A DNA stretch of 64,000 bases from Diadema antillarum (Eukaryota): contig NW_027272213.1 of the NCBI RefSeq assembly GCF_040938485.1, forward strand, positions 248,001-312,000, read 5' to 3'. Under the pieces are notes generated by a model. It made no database searches. It was not told the DNA's origin and saw only the letters and a program-made list of their open reading frames with translations. The position numbers were made by a program, and so were the translations under genes. This document shows positions 52,950 through 63,999 of this stretch, one piece after another (position 1 is the first letter of the stretch; each line of letters opens with the position of its first letter).

Positions 52950-54500
52950 GAAATGATGTTGTTAGTCTCTCATTACTAGTCAACATTTCAGTAAACTATG
53001 TTAAGCAAGAGGTGATTGAAAACGTCTATTTCAATAGCATACCCTTCAGATGAAAATTGTGAATGGGATCGACCCTTCATTCTTTATAAGTCAGCAGGTT
53101 AGTACAGAGTAAATGCAACAACATTTAATGAAGGTGTATCATAGCATGTAAAAGTCAAGTTTAAGTCCACCAAAGCAGTTGCCTTCCTGCATGAATGGAA
53201 AAGAGTTTCCTCAGTAAGCAGATATAGAGACTGTGTCCCATCATGAAGTGATTGAAGTTATAATGTAGGTATCATACCTTTCCTGAAATGGTTGCACATT
53301 TTACTACTCAAAATCTCTTACTTTGTTCACATAAACATATCAAGTGTGTGGCAAATATCCCTGAAGATGCATTGGCAGTGATGAGATAATAATTCATAAG
53401 GAGCATTGAGTTAACTGCTCAACAATGTGTGGTTGTGAAGAAGAATGAGATAGTTCCCACAAGCAAGATTTCGCGCTCAGCTGAGTAGGATGGATTTGGC
53501 ATATTTTCAATTTTGAGGAACCAGGGCGTAAATTACTGGAACATTTGGCATGCAAGAATATTTGGTTGCTTTCATTTTTGCACTAGGGTCTGATTGTGAA
53601 AAGTGTGCTGAAATTTCCACTTTTACAGTACTTCCATGAGTGTCTTGCATTGTTAACAATATAACCAAGTGATGTCTTCTATTGTACATGTAGTGATTAT
53701 CACAAACAGTGCATGACGCAGCTCCAATATAAACACCTTAGCAAGAAGTTTTGTAAAATAATGATTACAGTAAATATTTGAAGAACACCTTTTTACACTG
53801 GATACAAAATAATGCCCCTTCCAAAATAAATATTTTTTTTTTTCTTCACACTTGCCAAACGCATCTATCAATTTGGTAATCAGTTTTATACCACCAATGT
53901 GGATAAAGTTGGTCTGGTGAACTGGTCATGTGCTATACTGATACAAATGTACAATCAAATGACATGACGGTATATGCAAAGAAGTTGTTATATGCAGTTG
54001 AAATATGACCCAAATCATATATAAGTTGATGTCCACGTTGTGATGTAGATGAATTCAGTGGTCCAGTCCACATCCAATCTTGCTTTGTTTCCATAAGTTG
54101 TTAGTGGCTGAAGAGAATTTGACAGAAATAGAGAAATTACTATTGATTAGATCATTATTCAGACATGATGATTACCCTTCAATATAAAACCAACACAATT
54201 TATGAAGACATTGACCTCTAGTTAAGACAACATTTTGAAAAGAGCTGACTCTGAGCTTTAAGATGATGTATACAGTAATTCAAATGGACTCTTCCAACCT
54301 ACTTAATTTTTGGAAATATCGAACCTACTGTGGAATAGTCAACTGAGAAAAGAGGCTCTGAAATACAGCATCCATTCAAGTGCTTAATTTACACGAAGCT
54401 GTGCTATCTATTTAATGAATGGAACAAAAACAGGATGTATACCACCAGGGCAGTAACATTGAAGAGTTTTTCTGATTAAGCTGAAATTGATCATACTCAA
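52950..54500 (-). pseudogene. Possible heavily decayed LRR-GPCR (GRL101/LGR-like) pseudogene
   Basis: Scattered minus-strand peptides: LRR-like FKMLS*LE...ILKGN; ECL1/TM3-like WKGHYFVSSVKRCSSNIYC...ALFVIITTCTIE; TM6-like AEREILLVGTISFFFTTTHC*. Many stops; pattern recognition only. Confidence 0.25.
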
Positions 54501-55079
54501 TTAACACATTATTTCCATAGTTATTGGCAACCTTTAAAGGTAATATCATTATTCTTTCAAATATTGTTAAAGTTCAAAGTGAAGAGTGTGCTAAGGATTT
54601 CAAAAAATAAAAAGGGACCTCTAAGATGTACCTCATCACACTGCTGTACAAAAAAAGGAGATTTAAAAAAAAGAATTGCTGATAACAAACTTTTCAGTTT
54701 ATTTCATGATCGAAAGCTTAGGACTCATAGGAAAAAGCTCTTTGAGAAAATATGAAAAACTCAAGATTGACTTTGTTGTTCAATTTCACCTTTTCTGAGT
54801 CATGTAAGATCAAGGGGGTGCAATTTTCTATTGATATTGCCAGCTGGTTATTGTAATGCATGTTCACTTACATGCAAATAACCTGTAACCTTACAAAAGT
54901 AACTTCACATTGGATGGTTGGACGATTTCAGTATAAAGATATGGTTCACGTTTATGGTAAGGGATAAATATTTACGCCCAACCAAAAAGTGTCAATGGAG
55001 GTGTTTGATTTGATTGTTGTCTGTCTGTTTGCCTTTCTGTCCATCCTTTTAAAAGGAATTGACTTCATGTACAGCATAA

Positions 55080-55828
55080 GGGCAATTCTGCTGTTAGGTG
55101 AACATGACGTGGATAAAAAAAATGTGCCTCTTTATCTTACTCTTTAATTTAGGTATCAATTAATGCCGTGGATGTTCACCAATCACTAAGGTCTTTCAAA
55201 TTCAGGTTTTATTTTTCGTATTTATTGATTTTGCGAGATCTAAAACCATCATTTAAAATGTACATGTGGGACTGGGGAGCTGAAATTCACTTAAATGCCA
55301 ATTACAGTGGGTTGCTTTGAAATTTTTTCCTTAAATTTTTGCTAAAAGGTAAAAGATGAATACATTGAAGTACTCCAGAAGTCATGCAACATTTTGTCAA
55401 TTATAAAAGGGTGAAATGACCTGCGGAATTACTCAGGACAAATGTAACGTTACTAACCGTAACATTACTAACCATGCATTTAGGGGTCTAGCTAATAAAT
55501 TATCGGTCGAACTGCTAAAAATATTTGCATGAACATTTGTCATGATGCAATAATTGAAATCAATGCAACACTTTGTATGAACTTTTTGTTACAAGACATT
55601 GATTTTTTGGTCATGTCTTTTTTCGTAACGTTACTAACCAGCCCTTCTAGTTGCCGTAGCAATTCTAATATTTATTGGATTGTACTCATTCTTTTCTATA
55701 TCATAGACCTGGGAAGGATGAACATGTCTTAACATGATTTTGACTTGAAATGAATAAATGGTGATTTAGGAATAAAAATACATTTCTAAATTTCTTTAAA
55801 TGTAACGTTACTAACCGCGGCATTGCCC
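55080..55828. mobile_element. 749-bp non-autonomous DNA element, imperfect TIRs, 4-bp ATAA TSD
   Basis: ATAA|GGGCAATTCTGC ... GCGGCATTGCCC|ATAA; four GTAAC(G/A)TTACTAACC motifs in the right half. Confidence 0.55.
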
Positions 55829-56560
55829 ATAAGTGTTTCAGATGCCCTTTTCAAATGTGGCTTATGTATGTAATTATGTATTGGTGGAAGAAATTGTGCC
55901 TTTCAACTGTTGGATATACCTGCTGAAGTTATTAGGTTCAAGGTCACGTTTTGAATATGCCAGAAATTACCCCATATCTCTGAAATACATTTATTTCAGA
56001 AAATAAAGTGTGTGCATGTATTACCATGTTAAAAAAACTGGAGGGAAAGTTTTGAGTCATTGGGTAAAACTGATTCTGATTCTGATTGTAATTTCTTGAG
56101 TCATTGGGTTCATAAGTAAAAAAAAAAGAAATTCCTAAGGTGAAAATGTCAAAATTTGTCATTCAATCCTCACATTTCCCATTATGACTTCTTTTTTTTT
56201 TGCCATAAATTTTTACCCTGTTATATCTCTTTTTATCTGTTATATCTCTTTTTAAAAAATCTGTTATATCCCATTCACGTACAATTTCTTTTACGCGATT
56301 GGGCGAGGCACATTATGGCACTAGCCTTGTCTTGTATAAATAGCATCAATGTGTGTTAAAGATACATAATGAAATGCCAGATAGTTGCAATTACTCTATA
56401 TCGAATGTTATTATTTGTATCTTAATTGTTATATTATTTTTATTAATATAATTGTTTTTAATATCTTCAATGATGTTCTCTACACCTTTAAATTATTTAG
56501 TGCAAAATAATAAATGTATATTTATATCCTGTATATTATATATCTATTCCTGTATCTTAA

Positions 56561-57324
56561 CCCTAATCAGGCTGGGGGGGGGGGGCGGAATCCGCCCCCC
56601 CTCGACGTTTCGCGCAATATCTTCGCAGCGCGATAAGCTCCCGCCGCGATGTTTCATGACTTTTTTCTTTCAAGTATCGCGCAACTTTTGAGACCAAAAT
56701 TGTTGCGCCCGCGTGTACCGTTTTGACGCGACGCCCGTTCGAAAAAAATTTGTCAACCCCAAAATTGCTCCAAAACGTGATTTTGTGTACAAATCCAATG
56801 CAAATTGTGTTTTTTCAATTAATTCACATAAAAATTCATATCTTGACTTAGAATGGACAAAATTAATTTATTTTAGCATAATAAAGCTTCGAAAAATGTC
56901 TGTGACAAATTTTGGCCTAAAAAACAAACAAAAACAAAAGGTCGAAAAACAAGGAAATACATAAGAAATTCAAAAAAACAATCAAATACATAAGAAATTA
57001 ATTTCGATACAGATTTTTTTTTATCCTATGTCTCTGGAGAATGATACAAGAAACATTTTTAAAAAGAAATTAGCTTAATTAGAGCATTAATAAGTGATTT
57101 AGTGCCCAGAACTGATTTAATGCATAAATTACAATAATTGATTAATATAAAATATAAGAAAAATTTTTCAGAGAAAGCAACCATACATTTTGATAGTATA
57201 TGTCGCGGGCGTTGCATGTGCCGATTTTCGGCGCGATCATGCGTTCCATAGGCAAGATCTGAAGGGGGGGCGGAATCCGCCCCCCCAGATATAGCATAGC
57301 CAAAACAGCCCAGCCTGATTAGGT
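56561..57324. mobile_element. piggyBac-like non-autonomous element
   Basis: TTAA|CCCTAATCAGGCTGGG ... CCCAGCCTGATTAGGT|TTAA; subterminal palindrome GGGGGCGGAATCCGCCCCC at both ends. Confidence 0.85.
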
Positions 57325-58271
57325 TTAAAAGTATAGTTGCAGAAAGTCTGTTATAAATATTGGAAATTATCAGTAAAGCGATCTTGTGAAAGAAGATGTG
57401 GGCAAGAGGTAATTGTCAAGTGAAAATGATCAAATCCTCTAATACAAGCCCTCTGCAACAAATGAGTCATCAGAATGAAATCTGTAGTATTTCAAGAATG
57501 TTTGAGCACGTCATACATTTGAGGTTGTGGTAACAATTTTTCAAGTCTCTCATTTTGAAGACCAGACAAATTGGAAAATATGTAATATTGCAGAGTTATA
57601 CTAGTCACAACGGCAGCATTTGTATTTATGTGTTAAAACCCATAGAAGAAAACCTGATTGCATTGTTGTTTAACTTAATCAGTTCTTTCAATAAAATATA
57701 TTGTGTTTAACCAAACCTCTAGCCAGATATCTCTCTGCAAATGGAAAAAATAGAAAAGCACATGCCTCCACCAAGCCAGGAACTCATTTCCACCCTTACA
57801 CGCATGCAATTTCCAGAAATGCTATTACTAGTAAAAGCCTTTTGCTTGTCATTTTACGCTGCATTTAAGGGCAGACCTTACTGTGTTGATGTTCAGATAA
57901 ATTTACATTTTTTGTCAAAAGATTAACAATTCTTCAAAAATGCACATAAAGTGTCAGGTCTTTACCAAAATTGAATGAGGAGTCCGTTGTATCAGTATTG
58001 ACTTTCTATGCAAGTTTCATGTTTGTCCTTTCAAACCTTATACCAATTTTGCAAACAGACAAACCAACGCTGATGAACACTTAACCTCCTACTTTGTAGC
58101 CGGAGGCAATGAAGAAAATAAAGGCAAAAATATGGCTAATTTAGTCTTTGTTTCACTGTCAAGGATGTCATGAGATTTTAGTGAAATGAATAGAAATGTA
58201 GCAAGTGAAAATGTATGATTTCATTTGGTGATTACACTACATCGAGTATGTGTTAAATTGAGGAACTTGTT

Positions 58272-58433
58272 AAATATGTTACTGTCAGTTTTTGCATTGG
58301 AATTAAATATGTTACTGTCAGTTTTTGCATTGGAATTAAATATGTTACTGTCAGTTTTTGCATTGGAATTAAATGTTACTGTCATTTTTGCATTGGAATT
58401 AAATATGTTACTGTCAGTTTTTGCATTGGAATT
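58272..58433. repeat. 33-bp minisatellite, 5 units (one 30 bp)
   Basis: AAATATGTTACTGTCAGTTTTTGCATTGGAATT repeated head-to-tail. Confidence 0.95.
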
Positions 58434-58593
58434 ACCCCTCTCATTACTGATGTACATATGGAGTAATAAATTTTAATGTATATAATATGAATGAATTAGT
58501 CTATCAGTCATATTGATTTCTACACTAACATTGGATTTGGTGGTTCAACTCTTAACAGATAGGTCATATTCATAAGCTGCTTAGGGTAACTTC

Positions 58594-59314
58594 TCACTTG
58601 TGTGCAGCAAGATATCGAACATATTCTGCACTGGCAGCAACACCAGACAGGTCACGCTCTGGGATGGCATCCTGTGGAATGGCATCATGTTGCAGCTCTG
58701 CCATCAACATGTCATCCATGACTTCATCAGGTCCACCACAGTCCTTGCTCAACTTGAACAGGATGCAGCGTGCCATTATCACCTAATGGGATAATAAAAT
58801 TGTAGCACATTTATGTTTATGGATGAATCAAATATGGATATATGATCTTTGGAGGAATGATGTTACCATACAGAAACATGATGTAGAAGTTAAGAAAGAT
58901 TGTAAATAATCTGTGAAGAAGTCACAAGTTTAACATGTATTTGGATGATGCCATTGCTTGACGAGGCTAAAGATTGCTAGTATAATACAACTTTACATTA
59001 GTTGGCATAGACAAATATATACATGAATGAGATTTTTTTTTTTCATGTTCACCGAAAAAAATGCAAGGGTGATGATCGTCGAAGAATTAATTGGAAAAAA
59101 GATATCAATACAGTGTATTACTCATGTTTTTGCATTGTATCATTTGAACTTCTTTTTGCAGGGGACAGTGAATATATGTTACCATTATTAGTAATTTATT
59201 ATTACCTTGCAGGCTTTTTCTGGCCTCTGCATTCCGTGTCCAAGAAGACATCTGAATTTCTGTTTCAGTTGCGCATTCACCTGCTCAATCAGGACCCTTG
59301 TTTAGATTTGAGCA
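58594..59314 (-). pseudogene. PIF/Harbinger (HARBI1-like) DDE transposase, last two exons, with a nonsense codon
   Basis: Exons 59314-59206 and 58782-58594 splice in phase 0: AQI*TRVLIEQVNAQLKQKFRCLLGHGMQRPEKACK|VIMARCILFKLSKD...; matches the Harbinger TRxxIExxxGxLKxRFRCL ... PxKxxxIIxxCCxLHN pattern; TAA at 59304-59302. Confidence 0.8.
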
Positions 59315-59825
59315 CTGTTTGATGAAATATACATATTAAAGATTATTATACAAACAAGCCACTTTTTCGATACAATACAATATTCCTGCAAGGGGTTTGC
59401 TTAATGACATACAATATTGTTAGCATAATACCTGTCCTATGCATTTTACCGTACCCGTATCAATGGAGAAAAAGAGTACAATATTGTTTCCAATATTGTA
59501 CTCTGCTGTCAATATCGCACTCAAATGTTTCTTTATACGCGCATGCGTGCGCAGTATTGCGCGATGAGGTTGAGAAATGCGCGATGAGGTTGAGAAATGC
59601 CATAGGAGTACACGTACATCGTCTGTGCTGTCTGCAGCAGTCGCTCGCTGATATGCATGTACTGTACTGTACTGTGCGTAGATACACGTCCGTATACAAG
59701 TTGAAAAGTTAGATTTTGTAAACAATAGTATAATGGTGAGTGAAACCCTTTTTCATTTTTTTTTTTTTTAGGGGGGAATTGAATGTGGTGTTGTCGTGGA
59801 AAGTGGTTTGTATGTATAATAATAA

Positions 59826-60384
59826 TGTAACGTAACCGTGAGTATCTTCTAGTTTCTCTCTCTCTGAACAGTCAGTAGACAGTATCTTATATACGATGTA
59901 TTCTATGTAGGCTCTACGGTCACGGCCTTTACGTTAAAAATCACGCCAACACACCACGCCACATCATATTCGCAGAATTGATCACACTAAATCACGCGAA
60001 TCATAACGAGTTCATGAAGATAAAGAACTTTATTACCGTATAATGACGATCCAGTCGACACAAAGTGGGTGTGAAGCCGACGCCTAGCACCTAACACCTA
60101 CACACGTAACCCTATGGTAACTCGTAGGTGACGATTAGTCTGCCGGAGAGAATTCAGACAGCACGTCCGTCCGCTGTAGTGAACGCTCAGCAACTCTTCC
60201 CAACTACGCGGACGCGCTCGCAGATATACCCATAGCATAGCATACTACGAGCGCTAAGCGCGTCCGCCCTTTACACATGTACTATAATTAGTTGCCGAGC
60301 GCGCACGCCCTTCCAATACACGTACACGTAAGCTATATACACAACATACTTGTACGCAATCTACTTAATCGTCATTTCATTACA
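59826..60384 (-). repeat. 3' LTR (559 bp)
   Basis: TGTAATG ... CGTTACA termini; minus-strand TATA-like near 60335 and AATAAA at 60034-60029; the other LTR is outside the window. Confidence 0.82.
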
Positions 60385-60397
60385 TTGCCCCTCCCTT
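60385..60397 (-). other. Polypurine tract
   Basis: AAGGGAGGGGCAA directly 5' of the LTR TG. Confidence 0.85.
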
Positions 60398-61208
60398 AGA
60401 ATAGTCAGTCCCTTGACTATCTATCCTATGGCTTGTTTGAATAATAAAACGACCAACTCCGGACATCAAATTTTTTTTCTTTTCTTCCAGGCAATTAGCC
60501 TAGCAGCCTCTTCACTTATATTCTTGTAATCATGCCAGACAATTAAGTACATATGAATATGTTACAAAAACAAATTCTCTCCTTCAAGGAATTACTGAAT
60601 ACACGTATTTACACAAACTAGTGTTTCAACATTTCAAACGTTATATGAACTCCTCTGCTAACAAGGCACTTGCTACCAGCATGTATCGGATTTCAGCCCC
60701 TCAAAAAGCAAAATTGATGAGGTATTAAAATGTTTCACTGTTCCGTATCACTAGTCCTCCGAATACGCATCATTGTTAGAACGCTATAGTGCAACAGTTC
60801 AACAATAAAATCTTTTTGTCACCTTGACAACTGTGGAAGACAATCAAAAAATCTAAAACATTAAAGACTTCATAACCTCACACTTCGTACAACATCATGA
60901 AATGTCTTTTGACTCCATAGAACACCTTGTAAACATGTCATTCTCCGTGTTAATTACATCTCCATGCCACGTGACTACCACCGCCCTCTATAGGCCGGAA
61001 ACGTTTCTCAACTTCAACTTTTAATTACTTACGAAATGTTCGGATACAAGTTCTCGCAGGAACTTTCAAGGTAAGAATGTTTACCTGAAACTGATAAAAT
61101 TTGATGTGTATAAATTGTTACACAACAAGAAAGAAAACCAACAGTCTTTGCAACAAAAAAGCTGAGTACAGCGTCCCTTAAAGTTCACATGTCCTTCTTT
61201 AATGCCAA

Positions 61209-62255
61209 TTAACAAGCTCCAAGGAATCCTGCGTCCAGACTAACGTCATACACGGTGGTCATGTCCTCCTGGAAGACGAGATTTCCGTCATTGTAGGTCT
61301 GGCGTTTCGCTGTCTCTTTGATGCGGTAGACTCGGCCGACGCATGCCTCTTCAAGTTGGGAGGTGCTCATTGGAGATCCGACCTCTCCCCGTGTCAGCTT
61401 GCGGACCTTCGTGGGAGGAGACGACGCATGTACCGTAGCCCGTCGCAGCACTATCACTTGGTAGCGCCGTTCCTTATGCTCCTCAAACACCTTATCGTCA
61501 CCACTGTAGCTTGTACTGGAGGTTTGCTCACTGACGTTGAGCAATTGACCGGGAGTCAGCTTGTGGACGCTTAGCTCCTGCAGTGGACGGCCAACCTGAG
61601 TCGCTCTCAAAATTGGCGCATTTCCGTTCCCAATCCCATCACCCTCAGCCTCTTCCGTTTCCTCTTCCTCAGATGAGTCTGTGAATGCTGCTCCATCCTG
61701 AATGAGAGCCATCATTCCCCTCGGCTTTCCACTCAAAGGGGGACGAACAATTACGGAAGATGGACGAGCTGGCTGTACCTGGGCCTGATGCAGCTCAGCC
61801 TCTTCACCAACAGGCTCGGTTTCATCCAGATGAACTGCACGTTCCTCGCCATCAGAAATCTCTGCCGGGCCGTTCGCTGCCTCCTTCGATGGCAGCGCTT
61901 CCGACGGCTCTTCATCGACAGCCTTCCTAGTTGATGGCGACACAAGAATTTCAATACCCGATTCTTCCTTCCTGCTCGCCACAGGCTCAGCCCGTCCCTG
62001 TCTAGCTGACGGGCGCTCTGGAAACATGCCGCCCTGACTCCTGCTTCCTTCCCCACGACGATCCCTTCCCTGGTGACGGTGCCTAATGTGGGCCTGAAGA
62101 TTGTCCCTTCGATTGAATGCACACTCACACTGGTCGCATTGATAGGACATTGGCCTGCGGTGCTCCACATCTATATGCCGCATTAAACTTCGTCGATGAC
62201 GAAAGAAGCGTCGACAAGTGTAGCACTTCAAGGTGGCGCTCTCGTACCGAACCAT
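61209..62255 (-). CDS. Additional retroelement ORF: 348-aa protein with two N-terminal C2H2 zinc fingers
   Basis: Uninterrupted frame; ATG at 62255 (the track start at 62273 is TTG). CYTCRRFFRHRRSLMRHIDVEH and YQCDQCECAFNRRDNLQAHIRHRH; acidic/disordered middle; duplicated C-terminal motif. Confidence 0.85.
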   Translation of the reverse strand: MVRYESATLKCYTCRRFFRHRRSLMRHIDVEHRRPMSYQCDQCECAFNRRDNLQAHIRHRHQGRDRRGEGSRSQGGMFPERPSARQGRAEPVASRKEESGIEILVSPSTRKAVDEEPSEALPSKEAANGPAEISDGEERAVHLDETEPVGEEAELHQAQVQPARPSSVIVRPPLSGKPRGMMALIQDGAAFTDSSEEEETEEAEGDGIGNGNAPILRATQVGRPLQELSVHKLTPGQLLNVSEQTSSTSYSGDDKVFEEHKERRYQVIVLRRATVHASSPPTKVRKLTRGEVGSPMSTSQLEEACVGRVYRIKETAKRQTYNDGNLVFQEDMTTVYDVSLDAGFLGAC

Positions 62256-62415
62256 AGTGAAATACCTGTACAATTAAGAACAAAAACAAACAAACAGGAC
62301 ACATCTTTACTGTCCTGAAGACCTGTGGTCAAGTCAAGTGTAATTCAATATAAACAGCAAATTACCACAGATGCTTCACATCGGCTTAGTGGCTCAGTAT
62401 ACAAATGACTGAGCA

Positions 62416-63999
62416 TTATATTTCTTGAATCAACCGCTTTGGTTCTCTTCTCTGTCTCTGTGGATTCCTACGAGCTGCTGATGCAGGAGTCTGACGCTCA
62501 ATAGGTGATTGATTATGGTATTCCTGTTGGTGGTCCACAGCAGTGTTTACATCCATGGTGCTTATACCAGGAACTTCTGACTCGATAAGTGGTGCTGCTG
62601 TTGGAATTACTAGTTCGCCCTCTGACGAATCGACGTCTTGTTGCTTTGGTATTGTGCCTGGTTCTTGGTTCCACGTTTCTAACTCCTCGCCCTGATACGG
62701 TTTCAGGCGATCTGCATGGACAACCATCATCTTCCCCTGGGGTTTTGCTTGAAGTCTGTAAGTGACATCTGATAACCTGTGGATGATAAGGTAAGGTCCT
62801 TGCCATTTCCTCTGGAGTTTTGGTGACAAGCCCTTAGTTTTGGCTGCGTTAAAACACCAGACGAATGTCCCCACCTTTAGGTCTCTCTTACCAGCAGTCT
62901 TATCGTAAGTCATCTTTTGGTGTCTAGCGCTCTTTTGCAGATTCTTCCTTGCCCTTGCATGAGCTAAGCCCATGCGTCTTCGAAGATTTTCCGCATAGTC
63001 CGTCTGCAGTTCGTCCTCGGTCTGCTCGTCTTGAAGTACCTCTGTCGTGAGGTCTATCGGCAGACGTGTCTCACGCCCAAGCATCAGCATGTTAGGCGTC
63101 TCGCCTGTAGAGTCCTGAGGGGCAGACCTGTAAGCAAGAAGAGCTAATGGCAATTTTTCATCCCAGTCACGCTGCCTCTGAAGTGGATTGATCATCAACG
63201 ATACCATGGTTATTAGAGTTCGATTGAATCTCTCAATCAAGCCGTCAGACTTCGGATTGTAAGGTGTCGTACGGGTCTTTTCGATGCCTAGAATCCGACA
63301 CATCTCCTTGAACACTCGGGACTCAAAATTTCGGCCCTGATCAGAGTGTAACGTCAAGGGAACTCCAAATCGGCACACAAACTCTTGCACGAACTTGTTT
63401 GCTACCGTCTCTGCTGATTGGTCTGCTAATGGGTAAGCCTCCATCCACTTACTAAAGTAATCCCCAACGACAAGGATGTATCTATTCCCCCGTTCCGTCT
63501 GCGGGAGAGGTCCGACTATGTCCAGAGCAACTCTTTCCATTGGCATTCCTACTGGCCTTTGTTGTAGCGGTGCTTTCTTGTGAGCATTGGGAGCTTTCTT
63601 GCTGGCACACATGTTGCATGTTCTAACCACTGACCTGATGTCCGCATCCATACTGGGCCAGTAGAATCTCATGCGCACCTTTGCGATGGTTTTATTCATA
63701 CCGAGATGGCCTCCTGTGGCACCACCATGCAGTTCTCTGACAACTGCTTTGCGGTGACTTTCCGGTAGGACTCTGTGCCATCTCACCTCGCCTCCATCGT
63801 CTGATTCCCATCTTCTGCACAATACATCACTCTTCAACTCCAGCTGATCCCATATTCGCCAATATGTCTTCTCAGTTCCAGGTTTGCCTATCATCTCTGA
63901 CCAGTCTGGTCTTGGGTCAGATTTCTCCTTACGTTCTATGATCCACTTCATGGATGAGTCTTCCAACTGTGCAGCTTTTATGTCTGCGGTGGTAACATT
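62416..63999 (-). CDS. pol: Gypsy pol, C-terminal part (integrase), open to the window edge
   Basis: H2C2 (LHGGATGGHLG...CNMC), catalytic VALDIVGP / HSDQGRNF / GLIERFN, GPY motif (WQGPY), terminal RRNPQRQRREPKRL. Confidence 0.95.
   Translation of the reverse strand, partial: NVTTADIKAAQLEDSSMKWIIERKEKSDPRPDWSEMIGKPGTEKTYWRIWDQLELKSDVLCRRWESDDGGEVRWHRVLPESHRKAVVRELHGGATGGHLGMNKTIAKVRMRFYWPSMDADIRSVVRTCNMCASKKAPNAHKKAPLQQRPVGMPMERVALDIVGPLPQTERGNRYILVVGDYFSKWMEAYPLADQSAETVANKFVQEFVCRFGVPLTLHSDQGRNFESRVFKEMCRILGIEKTRTTPYNPKSDGLIERFNRTLITMVSLMINPLQRQRDWDEKLPLALLAYRSAPQDSTGETPNMLMLGRETRLPIDLTTEVLQDEQTEDELQTDYAENLRRRMGLAHARARKNLQKSARHQKMTYDKTAGKRDLKVGTFVWCFNAAKTKGLSPKLQRKWQGPYLIIHRLSDVTYRLQAKPQGKMMVVHADRLKPYQGEELETWNQEPGTIPKQQDVDSSEGELVIPTAAPLIESEVPGISTMDVNTAVDHQQEYHNQSPIERQTPASAARRNPQRQRREPKRLIQEI

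Noticed and set aside
56601-56630. Minus-strand CTGCGAAGA...GAAACGTC hammerhead-like string
   Set aside because: Core is not CUGANGA and stems do not form.
58272-58433. 33-bp repeats as a CRISPR array or 11-aa repeat protein
   Set aside because: No spacers, eukaryotic context, no cas genes; ORFs are by-products of a unit length divisible by 3.
61209-62255. Extra Gypsy ORF as an env gene
   Set aside because: No signal peptide, furin/fusion peptide or transmembrane anchor.
61751-62806. Alternative-frame ORFs 61751-62170 and 62513-62806
   Set aside because: Overlap ORF2 or pol in another frame; no motifs.
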